The notes below the pieces were generated by a model. That model saw only the letters and a list, made by a program, of their open reading frames with translations. It searched no databases and was not told the origin of the DNA. The translations under genes were made by a program, and so were the position numbers. A stretch of DNA of 49,984 nucleotides, filler included, from Bipalium vagum (lineage: Eukaryota), in NCBI GenBank assembly GCA_037834085.1. It is 3 parts of 3 records of this genome, joined end to end, with 100 filler letters (N's around TTAATTAATTAA, not from the genome) between each part and the next. Parts side by side here need not be neighbours in the genome. Positions count along the whole stretch, not along the records: positions 1 to 16,419 come from JBBMKC010111909.1; positions 16,520 to 32,816 come from JBBMKC010117444.1; 1 more part is not named here. The stretch is one strand, 5' to 3'. Of the stretch, positions 13,601-23,486 are shown piece after piece (the first letter of the stretch is position 1; the number at the start of each line of letters is the position of its first letter).

Positions 13601-14174
13601 AACACGTTAAAATATTAAAATGTGTTTTTAAAATTTTTTCTTATAACCCAGTTTAATATTGTAATAATGGATGTTTTCATTTACTAAATATTGTGTTAAT
13701 TATTATTTATTTATAGGAAGCCTAAAAATATTTTTGAAAATATCTTTAGAAATATAAATATTTTCTTAATTTTAATGATTTTTCAGTTCTCTTAAATAAC
13801 AATATTGTCTTTATTTTATTGATATATATTTTCGAAGGATTTTTGAATAATTAGAATAGTTATATTTTATAATTAACTTTCAACTATTTATTTTCGACGA
13901 ATCCAATGTGGCAACTCTTGTGAAATTGATGGAAACAAGTCACATATTTTATTTTCGTATATCAATGAAATGTGAATTTTGAATCCTTTCAACCAATTCA
14001 ATGTTTATTTCAGATACATTAATGCAGATTTATGATGTTATGATGTCAGAACATATTGTGTCTATCAAGGCATTGCAGTCATATTTAAACGATGTATCAT
14101 TGCAATCAGAGCACAATTTCAAATTGACTTTTCCAATTATATCCGAATTTAATATTGTACACGAAGAACGGTAG
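4691..14174 (+). CDS. EIF4G: Eukaryotic translation initiation factor 4G (MIF4G, MA3 and W2 domains); 5' end unresolved
   Basis: GT-AG exons with consistent phases: 4691-5002, 5052-5186, 8487-8623, 8668-9092, 9140-9296, 10463-10730, 10787-10944, 10992-11506, 11561-11695, 14014-14174 (TAG). Motifs: IKSNLNKITPQNF, IFIKAVKEEAYSVTYAQFC, FKGQLLKKCQDMFE, FGNIRFIGELF, LCKLLETCGKQID, RIRFKLKDITEMRLRGW (MIF4G); LGPSGGSW linker; DDLICDIPKLWEFFAE (MA3); LMQIYDVMMSEHIVS (W2-like). Confidence 0.93.
5771..6320 (-). mobile_element. 3' end of an inverted pogo/Tigger-like element inside an eIF4G intron
   Basis: TA-cagtcaaacctctttataacgtcacc TIR at 5769-5796, subterminal gacgttatagag repeat, and minus-strand YINVDQELIT.. 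acidic C-terminal transposase remnant. Confidence 0.65.
6401..6730. mobile_element. Tc1/mariner-type terminal fragment
   Basis: cagggtggtccataagtttctggaat resembles a Tc1-family TIR; little coding remnant follows. Confidence 0.35.
6799..8198 (+). mobile_element. Internally deleted, degraded pogo/Tigger transposon
   Basis: Left end with tandem ctctat(a/g)taacgac subterminal repeats (6800-6950); right TIR gtgttgttataaaggggtttaactc-TA. Transposase remnants: LSLSEKLEII (psq HTH), WFRQVRAQNISINSQILQQKACEMA (CENP-B HTH), LPNTTSEVQPMHQGIIKNL, AWNAVSIETIQNFFVKA. Confidence 0.85.
9729..9862. mobile_element. Short MITE-like foldback element (Tc1/mariner type)
   Basis: ~35-bp imperfect inverted repeats: aggggtccgcaaaaaaacttcgtttttacaaaattat and ataatttagaaaaaacgagtttttttgcggacacct, around an AT-rich core with TA flanks. 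Confidence 0.75.
11932..11979. repeat. Perfect 20-bp inverted repeat with 8-nt loop (intronic hairpin)
   Basis: tctgttttctcacaaagata (11932-11951) is the exact reverse complement of tatctttgtgagaaaacaga (11960-11979). Confidence 0.9.
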
Positions 14175-15322
14175 CTGGTCACTAATTAGTCCTATAATCC
14201 CATATATCTTTCAGTTTTATTTTAATGGGAACTTATTAGATGATGATGGTGATGATATGAGAGAATCGTATGTCTATCTGATAATTCTATCTTGTAATTC
14301 AAGCTTTTTTCAATCTTATCAAATAATGAGCTGCTCAGAGTTTCCTTCGAAATTCTGTCATCCGTGTGTGTTTGTTAGTGTCTGTCTGTCTGTTTCCGTG
14401 CCTATGCCTATGGATGTGGATAATTTGTGTTGTTTTTGGAAACATTTATTTAGGTATTTAATTATATAAAGGATTAAAACCAAATCTTTTGTCTTGTAAC
14501 TACTACTCCGATTGTGTAATGAATGAAAAGCTTCCAGCGAAATTTGCGTACTGAAAATTGATTGGAATCGTTTTGTAAAATTTATCAAAAATTGTTATAA
14601 AATCCAGAATGATTTATTTTCTTTTATGTTAGACAGTAATTGAAAATATTGAATAATGTTTATTAAAAATATGTAATGAAATAAAATTTTGTTTTTGTAG
14701 CATATAGATAATAAAACCAGTCCACAAAATATAACTGGAATTGAGAAATGCTTTTGATTTTAGAGTCAAAAATGTAAATATTTTCAAAAATTTTTATTTA
14801 TTAAAATCCTTTGCTGATTATTTATATATTTATTTTATGCTGGAGTGTTATTTAATCAGTTGCTTTTGTATAAATATCATGACTGCAGAATAGAAATCCC
14901 TTGTTATTTATTTCTTTCAGATTTATTTTAAAGGTATTATTAATTTTATATGGTATTTGAGAAGATTGGTTTTCAATCTGCAGTTAAATACAATATAAAG
15001 GTTAATATTTTATTAAGTTAAGAATTTTTTATTTCATTTTTTACGTTATTTCCATTGTTACTGTTATAGCTCAGTCTGCAATTATTATTTTTCATTTTGT
15101 TATTAATCTTACAGGAAATGAAAATTTGAGGATATCGTTGAATAGTTAAGACATTTTTCACATAATTGATATAATTTGCAATTTTCTCTTATTTGTAAAT
15201 TTTAATTTCAAGCGTAAATTAATAAAATTAATGTTATTTTAATATGTATAATTTACAGTTTAGGAAAAATTTAAATTTCATTTTTACTATTATTCAATGA
15301 CAGGAGTGGGAGAATACATGAT

Positions 15323-15434
15323 TGTGAGATAAATTGAAAGTTAGTCGGGGGATGTAGCTCAGCGGTCAGAGAAGTGCATGCGCATGTTAAGGTCCCGGGT
15401 TCGAATCCCGGTACAAAATTAATTTTCACTAACA
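15323..15434 (+). mobile_element. Solo-LTR-like element containing a tRNA-Ala-derived Pol III cassette
   Basis: TGT...ACA termini; ATGAT direct repeat at 15318-15322 and 15435-15439; internal GGGGGATGTAGCTCAGCGG (A box) and GGTTCGAATCC (B box, 15398-15408); second copy at 45371-45470. Confidence 0.75.
15347..15414 (+). pseudogene. tRNA-Ala-derived sequence (not a functional tRNA)
   Basis: 5' half and T arm resemble tRNA-Ala (GGGGATGTAGCTCAG...GGTCCCGGGTTCGA.TCCCGG), but the anticodon arm is degenerate and the 3' acceptor strand is broken. Confidence 0.7.
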
Positions 15435-15720
15435 ATGATAAAATTAACAGAAACTGGTATGCTGAATTGTTAACTGTAATAAACAGTATTAGCAGTTGAA
15501 AGTTATGATAATGGTCAAAAATAACTAAAAGAAACAGTTACTTAAAAAATTTTTATTGTATAGGTACTCATTTATTTTACAATCAATTACTGAGAATATT
15601 TATTAATTTACAAAAACAAAACCTTCGAAATTATAACATTGATTTTGCACAGATTATTTATTGTTCATTTTGTGTACCAAAAAAAAACTATATTTTGTGT
15701 AATTTTATTTATTTATTCCA

Positions 15721-16219
15721 TGTAAGAGTTTAAACCTGGAGATTAATTTAAATTAATTTTCCTTCTTATCTGTTTAAATAATTTAAAATATAAAATAGAA
15801 TATAAAATTATATTAAAAAATATATATAAAGTATAAAAATTATTATTATAATTAATTAAAAAATAATCATTTTGATGATTAATTTATAAAGTATTCGGAA
15901 AAAATTATTTAGTAACATAAAGTTACTATAATTAAAAATATAATAAAATAGTATAAACTATGAAGTGTTTCAGTATCAAAACACACAAAAAAGTTACAAA
16001 TATCTACTTCGACGAAGGAATCAGAGACTAAATCAGAAGAAACCCAGTAGAAATCAAAAAGGAAAGTACAAACAATATTCTGGAACGTGCATAAAACATT
16101 CGGACAGTAAACAAGTAACCAGCTACACGGAAAGTTTCATCAAATTTTAATAAGTATTATTATTTGTTTTTGGTTCAGTAAATTTGATTACATATCTAAC
16201 TAAAATTTTGAATTCTACA
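15721..16219 (+). repeat. Dispersed repeat copy 1 (solo-LTR-like), homologous to 20823-21504
   Basis: Shares blocks aataatcattttgatgattaatt, aagtgtttcagta..a.acacacaaaa, gtaaccagc and ggaaagtttca with the copy near 20.9-21.5 kb; begins TGTAA; TATA-like gtataaa. Confidence 0.6.
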
Positions 16220-16419
16220 GTGCGCGTAAAAAATCTGTTCACCCCCTATCAAAAATACTAATTTTGATATATATATTTCAATTTAATTATAAATATTTGT
16301 TTAAATATTAACTTTTTGTAAAGATATTTAAATAATGGAATCATATATAACATATTTTTAAATTATATTTGTCAAAAAATGTATAAATTTATTGTTTTAG
16401 ATAAATAAAATGTCTAGAA
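16218..16419. mobile_element. Tc1-like terminal fragment cut by the gap
   Basis: TA-cagtgcgcgtaaaaaatctgttcacccc resembles a Tc1 TIR. Confidence 0.45.
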
Positions 16420-16519
16420 NNNNNNNNNNNNNNNNNNNNNNNNNNNNNNNNNNNNNNNNNNNNTTAATTAATTAANNNNNNNNNNNNNNNNNNNNNNNNN
16501 NNNNNNNNNNNNNNNNNNN
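16420..16519. other. Artificial assembly spacer (N44-TTAATTAATTAA-N44)
   Basis: Exactly 100 bp; the central 12-mer gives stops in all six frames; identical structure at 32817-32916. Confidence 0.95.
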
Positions 16520-16929
16520 TTGAGAGTAAGATACCGAAGGGTGTTCTGACTTTTCTATTAACTCTTTATCTCGGGTTTTAACTTAAAAGTAAAATTTTAT
16601 TTAAAAAATAAAGTTGTTAGATTTATATAAAAAAATATATTTTATAAAAAGCAACTTGTTATCTCAATTAATCGATTAAAAATTTATCGTTTTAAAAGTT
16701 TTTCGTTTATCGACTTAAAAGTTTAAAAGGTTTTGAAATCAGTATCTGTTAATAAATTTGAAAAGTTCACTTTTAGTAATTAACATTTGCATATATTTTA
16801 TGTTAAGTTTCTAAAAAGACCACTATCGATATTCTTAACCCGATTAAATATTAATAATTATTTTCATTTTCATAATAAATTATCTTTTTGGGTTTTTAAA
16901 ACTTAACACATTTAATTGTCGAAGAAATA

Positions 16930-18194
16930 AGAAAATCAAAGTTAATAGATGTAAGATAAAAATGTGAGCTAGATGAGCGCATGCTGCGACAATGGAGGAA
17001 CAGTACAGAGTTTGATTCCGATAATGCCTTTAAGTATAAGATAAGGGAGCCACTAGAAAATCAATGAATGAAACGCTTGAAGATACAATATTTGGCTGGA
17101 TCACAGTGTCTTATTGTAGGCTCAGAAGACATTCAAAGATTTGTACTCAATACTTCTGCAACGTTTATTTCCGGGTCCGAATTTAAAGCATCAAACACGT
17201 GGTTAAATAGAGTTCTGAATCCATATGAGGTTTCTCTGTGAAGGGCTACAACACTTTTAAACTTGAAGATGATGAAATTGTTAAACACGTGCTTTTATAT
17301 AAAGTGTTAGTTGATCAAATCAACATTAACCAGTACAATCGTCATTATGACATAGCAATGGATGAAACTACTGTTTATTTTGGAGATAGTAGCCAAATGA
17401 CAGCCACGATCAAAACGAGTAATTTAGTTTTTTATTCCTTCTATGGATAAGAAAGTTGGAGAGTTACGTGTCTTCATGGTTTTCGGCTCGACAGCAAAAA
17501 ATTTCCTCTCATGATAATAATAAAAGATTCAAGAGTCCTAAAGCCTGGAGTACACTAGATGTTAATTAAAAATGGTATTTCTAAGTAATGCCACAAGTAC
17601 TTCGGTTTAGACAAAAGGAACTTTAATATTGGATTCCGCAAGTACACATAGACTCAAGTATTTACTACTCAGTATTTACAAAGTTTAAATATCTCTATAA
17701 ACAAACTATTTAAATATTATATTCGAGGAGATATATTGAACAAAAAAAACGAAATTTGAAGAGAAACTTTATCAAACCAAAAATCGATGATGTTTCGCAA
17801 TTGGTCAGAAGTTCTTGGGCTAGAATTACAATAAATATGATAAATAATGTCATGAAACCTGGTTATTTATTGCTAAATTAAAGCTTTGATTAACCTTACA
17901 TTTATAACCGAAATAAACTGTTTTTTCATTAAGCAAGAATTGATTAAGAATACCAAGCTGATCTTAAGAGAAGAATTTGGGCCTGAGGCTGATAATATTG
18001 GTCTAATTGTAGATGAATAAATTTTTAATTGCCCCGGTGTTGTATTTCAAATTTTATAGTGTAGTATTTTTAATTAATAATAGCCCGGTATTGTAATTAG
18101 TCTTGCCTTCAGAAAAAAGCCCTCCAGGTTTTTTTCTAATGAAATTTTAACAGCTGTGTTTAGAAACCCAGACTTCTAGTAGACGAAACACGGT
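16930..18194 (+). mobile_element. Degraded pogo-family transposon (CENP-B HTH + DDE)
   Basis: FKASNTWLNRVL, SL*RATTL, IAMDETTVYF, RVTCL, ILDSASTH remnants; right end cttctagtagacgaaacacggt resembles a (TA)CCGT pogo TIR. Confidence 0.75.
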
Positions 18195-18202
18195 CGTATA
18201 TA

Positions 18203-19365
18203 TTGGGTGATAGTGAAAGTTTTTTCGTTTTTTAAATAATAAGAGGGTGATTTAATTTCTGTGTGAATATTTTGAATAAATATCAGGTTATAAATTAATA
18301 ACATTTAAATAGCTAATTTTTCTTAAATATTCATTATTTATATACATATTTAGATAAAGGAGCATGTGAGATGCATAAGGATTCTTTCGGATGGGAGAAA
18401 AGAAAACTGCTACAGCTCATTCCATTTATAATATAATTATGAGGAAGATGTAATATTTAAGCAGTATTGGTTTCAAAAATTTCTTTTTGGTGAAACATCG
18501 ATAAAGAACGCTACCTAATCATGTAGACCCACTGTTATTGACAATGATATTTTGAAGGAACTAGTAATATCAAACCATGGATTGACAGTAAATTGCTGAT
18601 AAACTTTCAGTCTCCAAAACAACTGCAAATGACCACCTAAGAAAGATAGGCTTTGTGAGAAAACTGAAATGTTGATTTACCTCATCAACATCTAGGAATT
18701 ATTGCTAAAAATGAGTTTCAGCCCTTTTTGAAACAGATGATAACAGAAGATGAAGAGTGGATCATATTCGTAATATTACAAGAAAAAGATTCTGACTAAA
18801 AAGGAGTGAACCGCCATTACCGACACCAAAAGCTGGATTACATCCAAAATGCAATGCTTTTATTGTAGTAAGATTGACATGGTTTCCTCTATTATGATCT
18901 ACTTCAGACCAATGAAACAATAAATTCCGAGGTTTACTGTAACCAACTGAAAAATTAAGAGACTGCTATTATAGAGAAACAGCCTTTTTTGGTGATTAGA
19001 AAAGGTGTTATATTCCATCAAGAAAATGCCAAACTCAATACATTAATGATCACCAAGACAAAACTGAAGGAGTTTGGCTGAGACGTTTTGCGCATCCAGC
19101 ATACTCCCCAGACCTTGCACCTTCAGATTATTATCTGTTTAGATCGTTACACAACTCACTCAGGGATCAGCGTTTCACTTGGAAGAATTTTAAAATTCCA
19201 GGAAAAAGGATCTTTGGAAATTCGGAATTTTTTTCTTCCAAATATACGGAAAGAGGTTATAAATAAAAATGGCAGTTATATTTTGGATTAAATAAATGTA
19301 TTTTAAAAATTCTGAACTTGTGAATTTCATTTTAAAAAAACGAAAAAACTTTCCGGATCACCCAA
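18203..19365 (+). mobile_element. Near full-length degraded mariner element
   Basis: TIRs ttgggtgatagtgaaagttttttcgttttt and aaaaacgaaaaaactttccggatcacccaa with TA flanks; WFQKF, PFLKQMITEDEEWI, PKAGLHPK, HPAYSPDLAPSDYYLFRSL; multiple stops and frameshifts. Confidence 0.92.
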
Positions 19366-19607
19366 TATATTAATGCTTTCAAAAAATCTATTGTCAAGTG
19401 TGAATATATACAAAATTCAGTTTTTTTCTTCAAACCTAATATATGTTATAATTAAAATTATTGATTTTTTTAACTCAAAAAATTAAATTCAGTTCCACTT
19501 AATCATTAAAATGTTATTTCTATTTTTATTCTTTAAATTTATTTTGATCATTCATTTCCTTCATAGTTTGACAATATATCATAATTATTAAAAAATAATT
19601 TAAAATT

Positions 19608-20085
19608 TCATAAATGGCACCCAAATGGACAATTTGACTTTGTATCATGGATTCTACGCAATCCTACCCCTGTTACTTTATCAGGATATAGCAAATTATG
19701 ATAATCAATCCATCCACAATCGAGTTTTTTACGAGGAAAAACTGTTCCTGTTTTTTCTTTGACCTCTGATCTTAAATTTCCGATATTTCTCAGCTAAAAA
19801 AATACATGAATAATAATAATATTGGAACAAAATTTTAATGCAACCTTTCGAAATTTTCTGAACAATTTCTTATCAGATTCGTCAAAAAAATTTATAGAAT
19901 TCAGAAAGGTGTTTGCCATTCCACAAAACCATGGATTGTTTAATTTGCTCACATTATAATTCTTAAAAATCCTAAACAAAGTTCAGTAATAATAGATAAT
20001 TACTTAAAATTTACTTTTCATGATGCAAAGGTCCTAATTTCTGAGAACTATATGAGAGATTTGAAGGATGTGGATTGCGTTTCAT
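19608..20085 (-). CDS. Three-exon 127-aa basic protein of unknown function
   Basis: Exons 20085-20015, 19971-19845, 19793-19608 joined by 43-bp and 51-bp GT-AG introns with compatible phases; ATG to TGA, in-frame stop upstream. Protein: MKRNPHPSNLSYSSQKLGPLHHEKIFKNYNVSKLNNPWFCGMANTFLNSINFFDESDKKLFRKFRKLRNIGNLRSEVKEKTGTVFPRKKLDCGWIDYHNLLYPDKVTGVGLRRIHDTKSNCPFGCHL. Confidence 0.65.
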
Positions 20086-20822
20086 AATTCAAAAATTAAT
20101 TTTAAATAATTTTTATCCTTAATATTGGTTTTCAATAAATTTAAACATTTTCAAGAATTAATTATTAATTAATATTATTTAAAAATTATTATTAAAAAAA
20201 CTATACTTTTGTAAGTTTTCAAAAAGGAATCTTTAAAATCTTATGATTAAAATTATTTCTGCTTAATAAACATGGAGAGAATTTTATAACAAAATCCACA
20301 AATCTCAGAGAATTTAATAAAAACTGAACACTTGATCAAATTGAATATTAATCAAAACCACCATATTTTTAGTTAGAATTTCAAAATTTTTGTCTTATGA
20401 TATATTTTCTTTGAGGCTAAATATATGAAGTTTTCGAACGTTTGCTTTTAACTTAAAAGAATGTTTTCAAAATGAAATTTAAAACAAAAGATTAACCTTA
20501 GTTTTTCATTTTTGTAAATATTGAAAAATAATTTTTTTAATTATAGTAAGAGATAATAGTAAAAGATTTCTTTTTATTGAACTGTCACATTTTTAGAACC
20601 ATTTTAACCACTGCACTTAATTGCCAATCCGGCACACCAATAAACGTCATACATTTTTCAAGTGATAAATATATATTATTATTGTGGAGACTCCCATTTT
20701 CAATTCAACTAAATCAACCAAAACTTTCAAAATAACATGGAACATTGATCCTTCATTAAATCATTTTGGTTTACTTTTTTGTTAAAAAAAATATATAATT
20801 CTGTGTAATGCTATTTATTCCG

Positions 20823-21504
20823 TGTAAAAAAGAGAACCAACAGAGTTTAGAATCTTTTCTTTCTTTCTTATCTTGAAACAGTACGAAATAAAATATTAAA
20901 TATAAAATAATATAAAAATTATTATATAATTATAATTAATTAAAAAAATAATCATTTTGATGATTAATTATCAAAAAATTAGGAAAAAATAGTTTAGTAA
21001 CAAAGTTCTATAAATAATTTTTTGAACAAAATTTCTTGTAAATATTTATAAAAATAGATTTCTACTGATAATTTTTAAGGTAAAATCTAAAAATGATAAC
21101 ATTAAGTTACTAAATTTAAAAATACAAAAAAATGAAATAGTATAAATACTCAAGTGTTTCAGTACCAAGACACACAAAATAGATACAAATAAATATTCCA
21201 AGAAGAGTGGAGTGGACTCAGAATCGAACTCAGTGGAACAGACAATCAAAACTCGGATGAAACTTAGTGGAACCGATGAAGCCAGAAGGAAGCATTAGAC
21301 GCAAATCTAGAATCCGAAAAAGAAACGGACAAATAATAGACAATTAAACGATTAATCTTGGTAACCAGCATCAAGAAGAAAGGAAAGTTTCAAACAAATA
21401 GTAAATTATTTTATTGTGATCAGTTTATTAGATTTGACTACAAATCTAAATAAACTTTCATTGTTATTAAATTAAATAAAAATATAAAAATTTTTGGTTT
21501 CACA
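20823..21504 (+). repeat. Dispersed repeat copy 2 (solo-LTR-like), homologous to 15721-16219
   Basis: Colinear shared blocks with copy 1; gtataaata TATA-like motif, downstream aataaa; ends approximate and no TSD seen. Confidence 0.6.
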
Positions 21505-23486
21505 CTGCTTGCAGGTGAACCGATAATCAAGTAAATAATAGTAATTCAAAAGAAAATTAAAGCTATAATTAGATTACGAATTATAAGTTATTAATTTAAT
21601 TAACACTAATTTTAATAACACTTTAAGATCAATTAAACTTTTGTTTTTTACTGATTTCCCAGTATCTTTTTTTTTGTGTTCTTAAACCTAATTTGCAATA
21701 AAAAACCTGTTGTAGATTTATTACAGATATATTATAAAACATAATAGTTATATTGGTTGATAATTCATTTGAAGTGTTTTTTTACTGAATGTTTTATAAT
21801 CGATTTTTTTCGTTAAGTTAATTTTACATTGTCACTTTAAATATTAACATTTTTATCACTTTGAACGTTACGCGCATATAAAAGTAAACTTAATTAAGTT
21901 GCCTAAAAGCTCAACATCGATATTCTAACCCAATTTTTGTTTTTATTTCTACCTTTTTAGCAAGCTTAAAATGTGTTTTAAAATTTAATATATATTATAT
22001 ATAAATATATATTAAGTAACACTATATATTAATTTTTTCAAAAGTATTAGTAATAATTAATATCTGTTGCAAACCAATCGCAGTAAAATCGTTTGCTCTC
22101 GTTCGATTTTCAATGGTTGCATTCTTTATGGTCCCCATTAATTCATCAATAAGTTGATAGTTTGCTCTAATTTTCACTGTGCAATTATGGACTAAGTGTC
22201 ATTTTTTTTGGAAACAAGAATATAGATGAGACCACAATTATTCTTCTCCAAAGGCTGGGTATTTACTACTTCAACAGGTGAATGAGTCACATGAACCAAG
22301 GTCGGGTTTTGGGTTGTTCCTCAATGACTGTTTGATCCAATAAAATCTTGATGGATTATAATGCAAGACGGAAAAAGCAGAGTATATTAAAATAAATGTT
22401 GCTTTTTTTATAAACGATTTTTCTGAAAGGGCAATTTCTGAGAACCTTATACATTCTCAAACACCCACTGATTATTCAGAGAAACAATTAATAAGGGTCT
22501 TTGTTTTTTTCTAGAATCTGTGATATAATTTTGACGTAGGATATAGGGAGATTTGTATTTTTTCGGGTATAGTCGAATGGGAGATGTGTGTGGTTTTTTG
22601 ATTTCCCATAGCTTTCGATAAAAACAGTTTTTTAATTAGTAACAAAGTAATGATAGACCTTGTACTACAGCTCGTCATTTGCTGATGTAACAATTTCTCC
22701 TGGATACTTTGATTTAATGTTTTGAATTTTGTTGGATTTACTTTTACCCATTTTTGGTATCTCAACAGTAACATAGAAATAAACTTATTAAAAAAAATAT
22801 AATTGTTAATTAATTTCTAAAATGACATATAAATTAGATGTTTGAAAATGAATAAGAATTTGTTATTAAAACACACTATTGTATATTAAATTTTGAAATA
22901 ATTTATAAGGCTAAATTCCCTAGTTGAAAATCAAAATATTTATTCTATAAAAAAATTTATAATTTATTATTAATAAAATTTGTTTAAATTGACAATTTTT
23001 GACTTAATCACAAACTTTGACCTAATTTTGACTTAATAACTTTGGATAAAATGTAGTTGGAGAAGCACTTGTTTCATTTATATACTTTTTTTTTAATTGT
23101 CTTTTAAAATCTCAATTTTGACCTTTTGAAATTGGTTGCGCCAATTATTACAGAAATTAAATAATTTTTCAATTTAATACAATATCATGATCATTAAAAC
23201 ATGAAAAGATTTATTTATTTTATTGAAAATAGATATTGCATAAATATTTAATATCTACATTTTATACATTTAAATTCCACTAAATAAATTTTGATACTTA
23301 GGGTAAAGATCATATTTATTTAAAGTTTAGTCTTTAGGACGTATTCTTAGTTTTACAATTTATTATTTATTAAAATTATGAGAAAAATTCAGTATTGTTA
23401 AATTCTCTTAAATAAATTTTCCAGGAATTTAAAATTAATTTGACTGTAATTAGCTGTTTGTTTTACTTGTTTCAAATTTCAAAATA

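Noticed and set aside
14155-14588. ORFs downstream of eIF4G
   Set aside because: Probably 3' UTR containing GT/GTCT simple repeats; no protein motifs.
15301-15315. Purine run aggagtgggagaa as the PPT of the tRNA-LTR
   Set aside because: It is separated from the TG by several bases including the apparent TSD; not excluded, but the solo-LTR reading is simpler.
15347-15414. Functional tRNA-Ala gene
   Set aside because: Anticodon arm is degenerate, the acceptor stem cannot close, and it sits inside a repeated TG...CA unit.
15323-15434. Ordinary tRNA-derived SINE
   Set aside because: Conserved sequence precedes the tRNA, there is no tail, and a PBS follows the second copy; an LTR fits better.
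16464-16475. TTAATTAATTAA as a biological motif or piggyBac site
   Set aside because: Centred in exactly 44+44 Ns twice; an artificial linker.
22660-22670. Stop-codon reassignment suggested by an in-frame TAG
   Set aside because: eIF4G ends in TAG, the lectin in TAA, and no conserved gene here has internal stops.
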